32,000 nt of DNA from Sinorhizobium meliloti (GTDB lineage: Bacteria > Pseudomonadota > Alphaproteobacteria > Rhizobiales > Rhizobiaceae): contig NZ_JAGIOS010000001.1 of NCBI RefSeq assembly GCF_017876815.1, positions 3,000,001-3,032,000 on the forward strand, written 5' to 3'. The first letter of the stretch is position 1. Each line of letters starts with the position of its first letter. A model generated the notes under the pieces. The model saw only the letters and a list, made by a program, of their open reading frames with translations. It was not told the origin of the DNA and did no database searches. Shown here piece by piece: positions 15,495 through 24,140 of this stretch. Both the position numbers and the translations under genes were made by a program.

Positions 15495-15885
15495 TGGATG
15501 GTTCTCTCGTGCCGAGGTGGGGCGAGGGAGTAAATGGGAATGCGAAGGGGCGGACCCACGCCGGGCGCCCTTATCGCAGCCGACCCCGCGACTGTAGAAC
15601 GGTCAGGGTTCGCCATCGGGCATTTCGCCGGATTTCAACGCGCTGCATGGGCAGTCTCGTGAAGTTTGGCGGCATGTCGGAAAAGCCACTGGCGTGGCAT
15701 TGCGATCAGCCGGGCAGGACGCCTCTTCTTCTACGAATCGTCCGCCTTTCGCGATGCCGCAAACGCCGGGAAGGCGAGGCGAGCCCGTTCGGTCTTTTGC
15801 CGCATCGTTTTTCGGGCCGAGCCGGTCCGGCGAACGTGCGGCCATGAGGATCGTGACGCCGTGAGCCAGGAGACCTGCCATCCGT
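15495..15885 (+). promoter_or_regulatory. cobalamin (B12) riboswitch, unusually expanded
   Basis: The conserved blocks occur in the canonical order. They are AAATGGGAA (15532-15540), CCCGCGACTGTAGAACGG (15585-15602), GCCACTGG (15685-15692), CCGGGAAGGCG (15766-15776) and an exact B12 box AGCCAGGAGACCTGCC (15864-15879). It sits upstream of cobP-cobW-cobN-cobO. Confidence 0.8.
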
Positions 15886-16015
15886 CAGGGCATTCCGCCC
15901 GAGGGGAGATGCTCCCCGATGCCAGCACGGAGGTTGTCGTGGCTCATAGATCTTCGATCGAACGCGTTTTCGGCGTGCGCCGTTGCCGCTACAGCCATCG
16001 CTATGGCAAGCGGTA

Positions 16016-16543
16016 ATGGACATTTCCAATCTCGGCCCGACCCTCGTGCTTGGCGGCGCGCGTTCGGGAAAATCCACCTTCGCGGAAAAACTCGTCGAAG
16101 CCACCGGGTCTCCGATGCACTATCTTGCGACCGGCCGGGCCTTCGACGAGGAGATGCAGGAGCGCATCGCCCTTCACCAGGCCACTCGGCAGGGCAAGGG
16201 CTGGACCACGCACGAGGAACCGCTCGATCTCGTGGGGCTGCTTCGCCGCATCGATGAGCCCGGCCGGGCTGTCCTCATAGACTGCCTGACCCTGTGGGTG
16301 ACCAATCTGATGATGGAGGAGCGCGACATGGCCGCCGAATTCGCCGCGCTCGCCGCCTTTCTGCCCGAGGCGCGCTCGCGCCTCGTTTTCGTCTCCAATG
16401 AGGTGGGTCTCGGGATCGTCCCGGAAAACCGGATGGCGCGCGACTTTCGCGATCACGCCGGCCGGCTCCATCAGATCGTGGCGGAGAAATCCGCAGAAGT
16501 TTACTTTGTCGCGGCCGGACTGCCGCTGAAAATGAAGGGTTGA
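16016..16543 (+). CDS. cobP: bifunctional adenosylcobinamide kinase / adenosylcobinamide-phosphate guanylyltransferase (CobP, = CobU)
   Basis: The start was trimmed to ATG 16016. [20 protein letters not shown] carries the P-loop. Further motifs are [10 protein letters not shown] and [12 protein letters not shown]. Confidence 0.9.
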   Translation: MDISNLGPTLVLGGARSGKSTFAEKLVEATGSPMHYLATGRAFDEEMQERIALHQATRQGKGWTTHEEPLDLVGLLRRIDEPGRAVLIDCLTLWVTNLMMEERDMAAEFAALAAFLPEARSRLVFVSNEVGLGIVPENRMARDFRDHAGRLHQIVAEKSAEVYFVAAGLPLKMKG

Positions 16544-16546
16544 TTC

Positions 16547-17611
16547 ATGACACTCGCAAGGGCTCCGCAGCGCAAGATACCGGCTACCGTCATCACCGGC
16601 TTTCTCGGTGCCGGCAAGACGACGATGATCCGCAACCTGCTGCAGAATGCCGACGGCAAGCGCATAGCGCTGATCATCAACGAATTCGGCGATCTCGGGG
16701 TCGACGGCGATGTGCTGAAGGGCTGCGGAGCGGAAGCCTGTTCGGAAGAGGATATCATCGAACTGACCAATGGCTGCATCTGCTGCACCGTTGCCGACGA
16801 CTTCATCCCGACCATGACGAAGCTGCTCGAGAGGGAGAACCGGCCGGATCATATCGTCATCGAAACCTCCGGCCTGGCGCTGCCGCAGCCGCTCGTCGCC
16901 GCATTCAACTGGCCGGACATCCGCAGCGAGGTAACGGTCGACGGCGTCGTCACAGTGGTCGATAGCGCAGCGGTCGCCGCGGGCCGCTTTGCGGATGATC
17001 ACGACAAGGTGGACGCGCTGCGCGTCGGCGACGATAATCTCGACCACGAGAGCCCGCTCGAAGAACTTTTCGAGGATCAGCTCACCGCCGCAGACCTCAT
17101 CGTTCTCAACAAGACGGACCTTATCGACGCCGCGGGACTCAAGTCCGTGCGCGAAGAGGTGGCCTCCCGCATCAGCCGCAAGCCGACGATGATCGAGGCG
17201 AGGAACGGCGAGGTAGCCGCCGCCATCCTGCTCGGGCTTGGCGTGGGTACGGAGGGCGATATCGTCAACCGCAAGTCTCACCACGAGATGGAACATGAGG
17301 CAGGCGAGGAGCATGATCACGACGAGTTCGACAGCTTCGTCGTAGAGCTCGGCGCGATAGCCGACCCTGCCGCTTTCACCGAAAGGCTCAAGGGCGTGAT
17401 TTCAGAGCACGACGTGCTGCGCCTCAAGGGCTTCGTCGACGTTCCGGGAAAGCCGATGCGCCTCCTGGTCCAGGCGGTCGGCAGCCGCATCGACCAGTAT
17501 TTCGACCGCGCATGGGCTTCCGGCGAAACACGCAGCACGCGTCTCGTCGTCATCGGGCTGCACGACATGGACGAGCCTGCCGTGCGTGCAGCGATTTCGG
17601 CACTCGTGTGA
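16547..17611 (+). CDS. cobW: cobalamin biosynthesis G3E GTPase CobW
   Basis: Motifs are the GFLGAGKTT P-loop, the GCICCT metal motif, LNKTDL, and the His/acidic stretch HHEMEHEAGEEHDHDE. It starts 4 nt after the cobP stop. Confidence 0.92.
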   Translation: MTLARAPQRKIPATVITGFLGAGKTTMIRNLLQNADGKRIALIINEFGDLGVDGDVLKGCGAEACSEEDIIELTNGCICCTVADDFIPTMTKLLERENRPDHIVIETSGLALPQPLVAAFNWPDIRSEVTVDGVVTVVDSAAVAAGRFADDHDKVDALRVGDDNLDHESPLEELFEDQLTAADLIVLNKTDLIDAAGLKSVREEVASRISRKPTMIEARNGEVAAAILLGLGVGTEGDIVNRKSHHEMEHEAGEEHDHDEFDSFVVELGAIADPAAFTERLKGVISEHDVLRLKGFVDVPGKPMRLLVQAVGSRIDQYFDRAWASGETRSTRLVVIGLHDMDEPAVRAAISALV

Positions 17612-17649
17612 GGCGATTTTGAGTGTGAAACTGAAGTTCACCTCCCCAA

Positions 17650-17671
17650 CCCCTCGGGAGGGGTCTTTGTT
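17650..17671 (+). terminator. small GC hairpin plus T-rich tract between cobW and cobN (weak internal terminator/attenuator)
   Basis: CCCCT-CGGG-AGGGG is followed by TCTTTGTT, and the cobN RBS GGGAG lies just downstream. Confidence 0.3.
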
Positions 17672-17683
17672 GCGGGAGCATCC

Positions 17684-20600
17684 ATGCATCTCCTCCTAGC
17701 TCAGAAAGGAACGATCGCCGACGGTAATGAGGCGATCGACCTCGGACAGAGCCCGGGCGACATATTGTTCCTGTCGGCGGCCGATACGGAACTTGCCTCG
17801 ATCGCGGCTGCCCATCGTCAGCGCGCGGGCGCAAGAAGCCTGCGGATCGCCAGCCTGATGAATCTCATGCACCCCATGTCGGTCGACACTTACGTCGAAC
17901 GCACGGCGAGGCATGCGAAGCTGATCGTCGTACGGCCGCTGGGTGGTGCGAGCTACTTCCGTTACGTCCTGGAGGCGCTCTACGCCGCGGCGGTTGCGAA
18001 TAAATTCCAGATCGCCGTGTTGCCGGGCGACGACAAGCCAGACCCGGGCCTCGACCCGTTTTCCACCGTATCGGTGGAAGACCGGCAGCGCCTTTGGGGG
18101 TATTGCACCGAAGGCGGCGCGGAGAATGCCGGCCTTTTCCTCGATTACGCGCAGGCATTGATCGACGGCGGCGACAAGCCGCAGCCGGCGCGGCCGCTGC
18201 TCAAGGCCGGCATATGGTGGCCGGGCAGGGGCGTGATCGGCGTCGAGGAATGGGTTCGCCTATCCGAACTGCGTCGGGCTGTACCCACCGCGCAGGCGGA
18301 CAGAGCGGAACACGAACCCACCGTCGCCGTCTGCTTCTACCGCGCGCTCGTCCAGAGCGGGGAGACGAAACCGGTAGAGGCGCTGATCGAGGCGCTTGCG
18401 GCCGAGGGCGTGCGGGCACTCCCCGTTTTCGTCTCCAGCCTCAAGGATCCGGTCTCGATCGGCACGCTCGAAGCGGTCTTCGCCGAAGCCCTTCCGGATG
18501 TCGTGATGAACGCCACGGGCTTTGCCGTTTCCGCACCGGGCGCGGACCGCCAGCCGACCGTGCTCGAATCGGGCGGCGCGCCGGTGCTGCAGGTCATCTT
18601 TTCCGGGTCGTCGCGGGAGGGCTGGGAAACTTCGGCTCAAGGGCTGATGGCCCGCGATCTCGGCATGAATGTCGCGTTGCCGGAGGTGGACGGGCGGGTT
18701 CTCTCCCGTGCCGTTTCCTTCAAGGCAGCCTCGGTTTACGACCCGCTGGTGGAGGCCAATATCGTCGGCCACGAGCCGCTTGCCGATCGCGCGCGCTTCG
18801 CGGCACGCCTCGCCGCCAATTGGACGAAGCTGCGCCGGACCCGGCCCGAGGGCCGCCGGGTCGCAATCGTCATGGCCAACTATCCGAACCGCGACGGGCG
18901 CCTCGGAAACGGCGTGGGTCTCGATACGCCTGCCGGCACGATTGAAGTGCTGAAGGCGATGACGGCAGAAGGCTACGCTGTCGGCAATGTTCCTGATGAC
19001 GGCGACGCGCTGATCGGCTTTCTGATGGCCGGGCCGACCAATGCGGCGAGCCGCGACCGGGAAATCCGCGAAACCATTTCCTTGAATCGCTACAAGGGTT
19101 TCTTCGACGCGCTTCCGAAAAAGATTCAAGAGGAAGTGACCGCGCGCTGGGGTGCGGCGGAGGCCGATCCCTTCTTCATCGACGGCGTATTCGCCCTGCC
19201 GCTCGCGCGCTTCGGCGATGTGCTCGTGGGCATCCAGCCGGCGCGTGGCTACAACATCGATCCCAAGGAAACCTATCACGCTCCGGACCTCGTGCCGCCG
19301 CACGGCTATCTGGCTTTCTATGCCTATCTGCGCGAGGTCTTCGGTGCCCATGCGATCGTCCATATGGGCAAGCACGGCAACCTCGAATGGCTTCCCGGAA
19401 AGGCGCTGGCGCTTTCCGAAGAATGCTACCCCGAGGTGATATTCGGCCCGATGCCGCATCTTTATCCCTTCATCGTCAACGATCCCGGCGAAGGCACACA
19501 GGCCAAGCGGCGGACGAGCGCCGTCATCATCGACCATCTGACGCCACCTTTGACGCGGGCGGAGTCCTACGGACCGCTCAAGGACCTGGAGGCGCTGGTC
19601 GACGAATATTACGAGGCCGCGGGCGGCGATCCGCGGCGGCTGAGGCTGCTCAGCCGGCAGATCCTCGATCTCGTCCGCGACATCGGCCTCGACCACGACG
19701 CCGGGATCGAGAAGGGCGACAGCGAGAACCGGGCGCTCGAAAAACTCGACGCCTATCTCTGCGACCTCAAGGAAATGCAGATCCGCGACGGCTTGCATGT
19801 TTTCGGCCTGGCGCCGGAAGGTCGGCTCTTGACCGATCTTACGGTCGCGCTCGCCCGTGTGCCGCGGGGTCTGGGTGAGGGCGGAGATCAGAGCCTGCAA
19901 CGGGCAATCGCGGTGGACTTGGGGTTGCACGCGGCTTCACGCTCGCAACGCCCGCAACCATTCGACCCGCTCGATTGCGTCATGTCCGATCCCTGGGCCG
20001 GCCTGAAGCCCGATCTTCTCGCCGCCCTCTCGGATGCGCCATGGCGCACCGCCGGCGACACGGTCGAGCGCATCGAACTGCTTGCGGCGAAGCTCGTTTC
20101 AGGCGAAATAGCCTGTCCGGTGGGATGGACCAACACCCGCGCCGTACTTGCCGTGATCGAGACGCGGCTGAAGCCTTCGATCCAAAGCTCCGGCGAGGCG
20201 GAAATAAAGGGTCTGCTGACGGGCCTCGACGGCCGGTTTGTCGCCCCCGGTCCCTCGGGTGCGCCGACGCGCGGCCGTCCGGACGTGCTGCCGACGGGGC
20301 GCAACTTCTATTCGGTGGACAGCCGCTCCGTGCCGACCCCGGCGGCCTACGAGCTCGGCAAGAAATCGGCGGAGCTGCTCATCCGCCGCTACCTGCAGGA
20401 CCATGGCGAATGGCCGTCCTCCTTCGGTCTCACGGCCTGGGGCACCTCCAACATGCGTACCGGCGGAGACGATATCGCCCAGGCTTTGGCACTGATCGGA
20501 GCAAAGCCCGTCTGGGACATGGCCTCGCGCCGCGTGACCGGGTACGAAATCATTCCGCTTGCCGTTCTCGGCCGTCCCCGTGTCGACGTCACCTTGCGTA

Positions 20601-21511
20601 TTTCCGGCTTCTTCCGCGACGCCTTTCCCGAGCAGATAGCACTCTTCGACAAGGCGGTCCGCGCGGTCGGCGCGCTCGACGAGGACGATGCCGACAATAT
20701 GATCGCCGCCCGCATGCGTGCCGAAACGCGGCGGTGGGAAGAGCGGGGCGCCGACGCGAAGGAGGCTCGACGCCGTGCCTCCTATCGCGTCTTCGGTTCG
20801 AAACCCGGCGCTTACGGAGCGGGCCTGCAGGCGCTTGTCGACGAGAAGGGCTGGGAAACGCGCGGCGATCTTGCCGAGGCTTACCTCAGCTGGGGCGGCT
20901 ACGCCTACGGTGCCGGCGAGGATGGAAAGGCGGAGCGCGGCCTTTTCGAGGAGCGTCTGCGCTCGATCGAAGCCGTGGTCCAGAACCAGGACAATCGCGA
21001 GCACGATCTGCTCGACAGCGACGACTACTACCAGTTCGAGGGGGGCATGAGCGCCGCGGCCGAGCATCTCGGCGGCCAGCGCCCGGCCATCTACCACAAC
21101 GACCATTCGCGCCCCGAAAAGCCGGTCATCCGCTCGCTCGAGGAGGAGATCGGCCGCGTGGTGCGTGCCCGCGTTGTCAATCCGAAGTGGATCGACGGCG
21201 TGATGCGCCACGGCTACAAGGGAGCCTTCGAAATCGCCGCGACGGTCGATTACATGTTCGCCTTCGCTGCGACCACCGGGGCGGTCCGCGATCATCACTT
21301 CGAGGCAGCCTATCAGGCCTATATCGCCGACGAGAAAGTCCTCGGGTTCCTGCGCGAAAAGAACCCGGCCGCGCTTTCGGAAATATCGGAGAGGCTGCTG
21401 GAGGCGATCGACCGCGGCCTATGGAACCCGCGCTCCAATTCGGCGCGATTCGAACTGAACAGCCTTTCCGGCCGCGCGGCTACCGACCGTCTGATGGCCG
21501 GAAATCAATAG
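17684..21511 (+). CDS. cobN: aerobic cobaltochelatase large subunit CobN
   Basis: 1275 aa, with the typical MHLLLAQ N-terminus. CobN/Mg-chelatase H-family blocks run throughout (GKHGNLEWLPGK, LPTGRNFYS, FGLTAWGTSNMRTGGDD). Confidence 0.97.
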   Translation: MHLLLAQKGTIADGNEAIDLGQSPGDILFLSAADTELASIAAAHRQRAGARSLRIASLMNLMHPMSVDTYVERTARHAKLIVVRPLGGASYFRYVLEALYAAAVANKFQIAVLPGDDKPDPGLDPFSTVSVEDRQRLWGYCTEGGAENAGLFLDYAQALIDGGDKPQPARPLLKAGIWWPGRGVIGVEEWVRLSELRRAVPTAQADRAEHEPTVAVCFYRALVQSGETKPVEALIEALAAEGVRALPVFVSSLKDPVSIGTLEAVFAEALPDVVMNATGFAVSAPGADRQPTVLESGGAPVLQVIFSGSSREGWETSAQGLMARDLGMNVALPEVDGRVLSRAVSFKAASVYDPLVEANIVGHEPLADRARFAARLAANWTKLRRTRPEGRRVAIVMANYPNRDGRLGNGVGLDTPAGTIEVLKAMTAEGYAVGNVPDDGDALIGFLMAGPTNAASRDREIRETISLNRYKGFFDALPKKIQEEVTARWGAAEADPFFIDGVFALPLARFGDVLVGIQPARGYNIDPKETYHAPDLVPPHGYLAFYAYLREVFGAHAIVHMGKHGNLEWLPGKALALSEECYPEVIFGPMPHLYPFIVNDPGEGTQAKRRTSAVIIDHLTPPLTRAESYGPLKDLEALVDEYYEAAGGDPRRLRLLSRQILDLVRDIGLDHDAGIEKGDSENRALEKLDAYLCDLKEMQIRDGLHVFGLAPEGRLLTDLTVALARVPRGLGEGGDQSLQRAIAVDLGLHAASRSQRPQPFDPLDCVMSDPWAGLKPDLLAALSDAPWRTAGDTVERIELLAAKLVSGEIACPVGWTNTRAVLAVIETRLKPSIQSSGEAEIKGLLTGLDGRFVAPGPSGAPTRGRPDVLPTGRNFYSVDSRSVPTPAAYELGKKSAELLIRRYLQDHGEWPSSFGLTAWGTSNMRTGGDDIAQALALIGAKPVWDMASRRVTGYEIIPLAVLGRPRVDVTLRISGFFRDAFPEQIALFDKAVRAVGALDEDDADNMIAARMRAETRRWEERGADAKEARRRASYRVFGSKPGAYGAGLQALVDEKGWETRGDLAEAYLSWGGYAYGAGEDGKAERGLFEERLRSIEAVVQNQDNREHDLLDSDDYYQFEGGMSAAAEHLGGQRPAIYHNDHSRPEKPVIRSLEEEIGRVVRARVVNPKWIDGVMRHGYKGAFEIAATVDYMFAFAATTGAVRDHHFEAAYQAYIADEKVLGFLREKNPAALSEISERLLEAIDRGLWNPRSNSARFELNSLSGRAATDRLMAGNQ

Positions 21512-21521
21512 GGAGGACATC

Positions 21522-22166
21522 ATGAACGACGAGACCGCGAATACCGGCGAACCGATCGCCGAGAAGGATGAAGCGCGTCACGCCATGAAGATGGCGAAGA
21601 AGAAGACCGCCCGTGACAAGATCATGGCCACCAAGACGGACGAAAAAGGCTTGATCATCGTCCACACCGGCAAGGGCAAGGGCAAGTCGACTGCCGGATT
21701 CGGCATGATCTTTCGCCACATCGCCCACGGAATGCCCTGCGCCGTCGTTCAGTTCATCAAGGGCGCCATGCACACGGGCGAACGCGACCTGATCGAGAAG
21801 CATTTCGGCGAGATCTGCCAGTTCCACACGCTCGGCGAAGGCTTCACCTGGGAAACGCAGGATCGCGCGCGCGACATTGCCATGGCGGCGAAGGCCTGGG
21901 AAAAGGCCAAGGAGCTCATCCGCGACGAACGCAACTCCATGGTGCTCCTCGACGAGATCAACATCGCGCTGCGCTACGACTATATCGACGTCGCCGAGGT
22001 CGTAAGCTTCCTCAAGGAAGAGAAGCCGCACATGACGCATGTGGTCCTGACCGGCCGAAATGCCAAGGAAGACCTGATCGAGATCGCCGATCTGGTGACG
22101 GAGATGGAGCTGGTGAAGCATCCCTTCCGCTCGGGAATCAAGGGCCAGAAGGGCGTCGAATTCTGA
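21522..22166 (+). CDS. cobO: cob(I)yrinic acid a,c-diamide adenosyltransferase
   Basis: Motifs are the GKGKGKSTAG P-loop, FIKG, LDEINIALRY and VLTGRNA. GGGAGGA precedes the ATG, 10 nt after the cobN stop. Confidence 0.93.
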   Translation: MNDETANTGEPIAEKDEARHAMKMAKKKTARDKIMATKTDEKGLIIVHTGKGKGKSTAGFGMIFRHIAHGMPCAVVQFIKGAMHTGERDLIEKHFGEICQFHTLGEGFTWETQDRARDIAMAAKAWEKAKELIRDERNSMVLLDEINIALRYDYIDVAEVVSFLKEEKPHMTHVVLTGRNAKEDLIEIADLVTEMELVKHPFRSGIKGQKGVEF

Positions 22167-22288
22167 TGACGCAGAGCTGGCAGCTATTGGCGCTGCTCTC
22201 CGCAGCGCTGACTGCCGTCTTCGCCAAAATCGTCGCCGCTATGTCCATTCGTATTGACAAGTCGTATCCTAGCGTTAGGCTTGGCTGA
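22166..22288 (+). pseudogene. stump of a small EamA/DMT-type membrane protein gene, translationally coupled to cobO
   Basis: ATG 22166 overlaps the cobO stop (TGATG). MTQSWQLLALLSAALTAVFAKI matches the N-terminal TM1 pattern of small EamA-family proteins. From about 22233 the reading (VAAMSIRIDKSYPSVRLG, then stop) loses the family pattern and GC content drops. Confidence 0.5.
22254..22281 (+). promoter_or_regulatory. possible sigma70-type promoter for the amiC operon
   Basis: TTGACA (22254-22259), a 16-nt spacer, then TAGGCT (22276-22281), within the low-GC junction segment. Confidence 0.3.
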
Positions 22289-22307
22289 AATTATCTGTCG
22301 GCATCTG

Positions 22308-22347
22308 GGCCTCGAAGAGAAACTTTGTTTCTCTGCGGGGCCTTTTT
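22308..22347 (+). terminator. strong intrinsic terminator 15 nt upstream of the amiC start codon
   Basis: GGCCTCGAAGAGAAAC-TTT-GTTTCTCTGCGGGGCC forms a 16-position stem (14 Watson-Crick pairs, 1 GU, 1 mismatch) followed by TTTTT (22343-22347). Confidence 0.75.
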
Positions 22348-22362
22348 GCATTTGAGGGGCGA

Positions 22363-23529
22363 ATGACAGGCAACGTTACCTACCCGGTGGGAGTATTGTT
22401 CTCGCGGAGCGGCAGCTATGCGCAGCCGGCGGGCCAGGGCTTTGGCGGCGCGATGGCAGCGATCGAGCATGTCAATGCATCCCGGCGTTTCCCGTTCAGG
22501 CTCGAGGCCCATCATTTCGATCCCGCGGGCGAGGCGGATCGCTATGCACCGTTTTGCAGGCAACTGATCCGCGAGCACGGTGTGCGCCATGTGGTGGGCT
22601 GCACCACCTCCTGGAGCCGCAAGGAAGTGATTCCCGTGGTCGAGAAGCTCGACGCGCTGCTCTGGTATCCATGCGTCTATGAAGGTTTCGAGGTTTCCGA
22701 AAACCTTATCTACGTTGCCGCCTGTGCCAACCAGCACCTGGTGCCGCTTCTCGACTATATCGCGCCGCGCTTCGGCAGCAGGGCGATGCTTGTCGGCTCC
22801 AACTATATCTGGGGCTGGGAGACCAACCGGATCGCACGCGACATTCTCCATCGCTCGGGCGGCGAGATCCTGGGCGAGCGTTTCGTGTCGATGGGAGACA
22901 CGGATATCGCCCATCTGATCGACGAGGTGCGCGAGAAGAAACCGGATTTTATCCTGAACAACCTGATCGGACCGTCGTCCTACGCTTTTCTGCGCGCACT
23001 TCAGGCTCTCGCTGAAGCAGATGATCGCTTCCATCCGGATAGATGCCCGGTCATCAGCTGCAATCTGTACGAGGGCGAGATCGCCGGGCTCGGACACGCC
23101 GCGGCGGGACATTTCACGGTCAGCTGCTATTTCCGCACGATCCAGTCGCCCGAAAACGACTCCTTCCTGAAGACACTTGCGGCGCTGGATCCGGGTGCCG
23201 TGGTCGATGCCTTCTATGTGCAGGCATTCAGTGCCGTGGTGATGATCGCCGAGGCGATCGCGCGCAGCGGCAGCGACGATGCGGATCTTGTACGCGCCGC
23301 CCTGTGCGGGCAGGCAGTCGACACGCCGCTCGGGGCCATCAGCGTCGATCGATGGACGAACCACGTGGAATTGCCTGCCCATATCGGCCGCGCGGGTGCG
23401 GATGGCAGTTTCGAGATCGTCAAGCGCTCGTATGAAGCCATCGCGCCGGATCCGTTCCTGACATCCACGCCGCTTGTCCGCCCGTTGGGGCGGGACGAGG
23501 GGCGGCCCGAACTGAAGGTGGTGAAATGA
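22363..23529 (+). CDS. amiC: AmiC-like cytoplasmic amide sensor (periplasmic-binding-protein fold, no signal peptide), negative regulator of AmiR
   Basis: It aligns by eye along its length with P. aeruginosa AmiC. Shared blocks are VGVLFS, DRYAPFCRQLI..GVRHVVGC, VIPVVEKLDALLWYPCVYEGFE, APDPF. GAGGGG RBS at 22354-22359. Confidence 0.88.
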   Translation: MTGNVTYPVGVLFSRSGSYAQPAGQGFGGAMAAIEHVNASRRFPFRLEAHHFDPAGEADRYAPFCRQLIREHGVRHVVGCTTSWSRKEVIPVVEKLDALLWYPCVYEGFEVSENLIYVAACANQHLVPLLDYIAPRFGSRAMLVGSNYIWGWETNRIARDILHRSGGEILGERFVSMGDTDIAHLIDEVREKKPDFILNNLIGPSSYAFLRALQALAEADDRFHPDRCPVISCNLYEGEIAGLGHAAAGHFTVSCYFRTIQSPENDSFLKTLAALDPGAVVDAFYVQAFSAVVMIAEAIARSGSDDADLVRAALCGQAVDTPLGAISVDRWTNHVELPAHIGRAGADGSFEIVKRSYEAIAPDPFLTSTPLVRPLGRDEGRPELKVVK

Positions 23530-24140
23530 GTTCCGTTCATAACACCCCGAATTTCGATGGCTGGCGGGCGCTCATTCTGCACCGGCCGCATCAGAACGTC
23601 GACGCTCTCTTTGCCCAATGCGCCCGCATAGGCATTGCGGCGGAACAGGCCTGGCCGGATTTTCCCAGGGATCGATCTGCAGAGGAGTTCAACGTCCTCC
23701 TGATCGACGCAGATATGGGTCACGACGAGCAATTTCCCTGGCGTCAGGGGGAAGCCCCCTTGCCGATGATCGCACTGATCGGCTCCGAGGCACCCGGCCG
23801 CATCGCCTGGACTATCGCGCAAGGGGCCGACGCGCAGCTCCTGAAGCCCATCGGCAGCGCCGGGCTGTACAGTGCTCTGATGGTCGCAAGCCACAGTTTT
23901 GTCCGCCGCCGTGCGCTCGATCGTGACGTCGCCGCATTGAAGGATCGCCTCGCGCGACGCCAGGAACTTGCGGAGGCGACGGCACTGCTGATGCTCCGGA
24001 AGAACTGCGGGGCCAGCGAAGCCTACCAGCACCTGCGCCTGACCGCGATGTCGCGCAGCTGCAGCATCGAGGACGTCGCTGCGGCCATCGTCCAGGAATT
24101 CGAGAACCACGGATTGAAGAATGCCGACCATGGTCGCTGA
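23526..24140 (+). CDS. amiR: AmiR-type ANTAR antiterminator (pseudo-receiver plus ANTAR domain)
   Basis: The start overlaps the amiC stop (ATGA). The order is an N-terminal receiver-like fold without an obvious phospho-Asp context, a coiled linker, then the ANTAR segment ATALLMLRKNCGASEAYQHLRLTAMSRSCSIEDVAAAIV. Confidence 0.88.
   Translation: MSSVHNTPNFDGWRALILHRPHQNVDALFAQCARIGIAAEQAWPDFPRDRSAEEFNVLLIDADMGHDEQFPWRQGEAPLPMIALIGSEAPGRIAWTIAQGADAQLLKPIGSAGLYSALMVASHSFVRRRALDRDVAALKDRLARRQELAEATALLMLRKNCGASEAYQHLRLTAMSRSCSIEDVAAAIVQEFENHGLKNADHGR

Noticed and set aside
15494-16104. Several 65-141-aa ORFs on both strands upstream of cobP
   Set aside because: The region carries the ordered conserved blocks of a cobalamin riboswitch, and the ORF translations are Arg-rich with no coding bias.
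16001-17320. 439-aa minus-strand ORF
   Set aside because: It is antisense to cobP and cobW, which have unmistakable motifs. The composition is low-complexity.
18260-19930. 556-aa minus-strand ORF, plus the 516-aa plus-strand ORF at 19975-21525
   Set aside because: Both lie inside cobN in other frames. The translations are Arg-rich and have no recognisable domains. cobN is continuous and full length.
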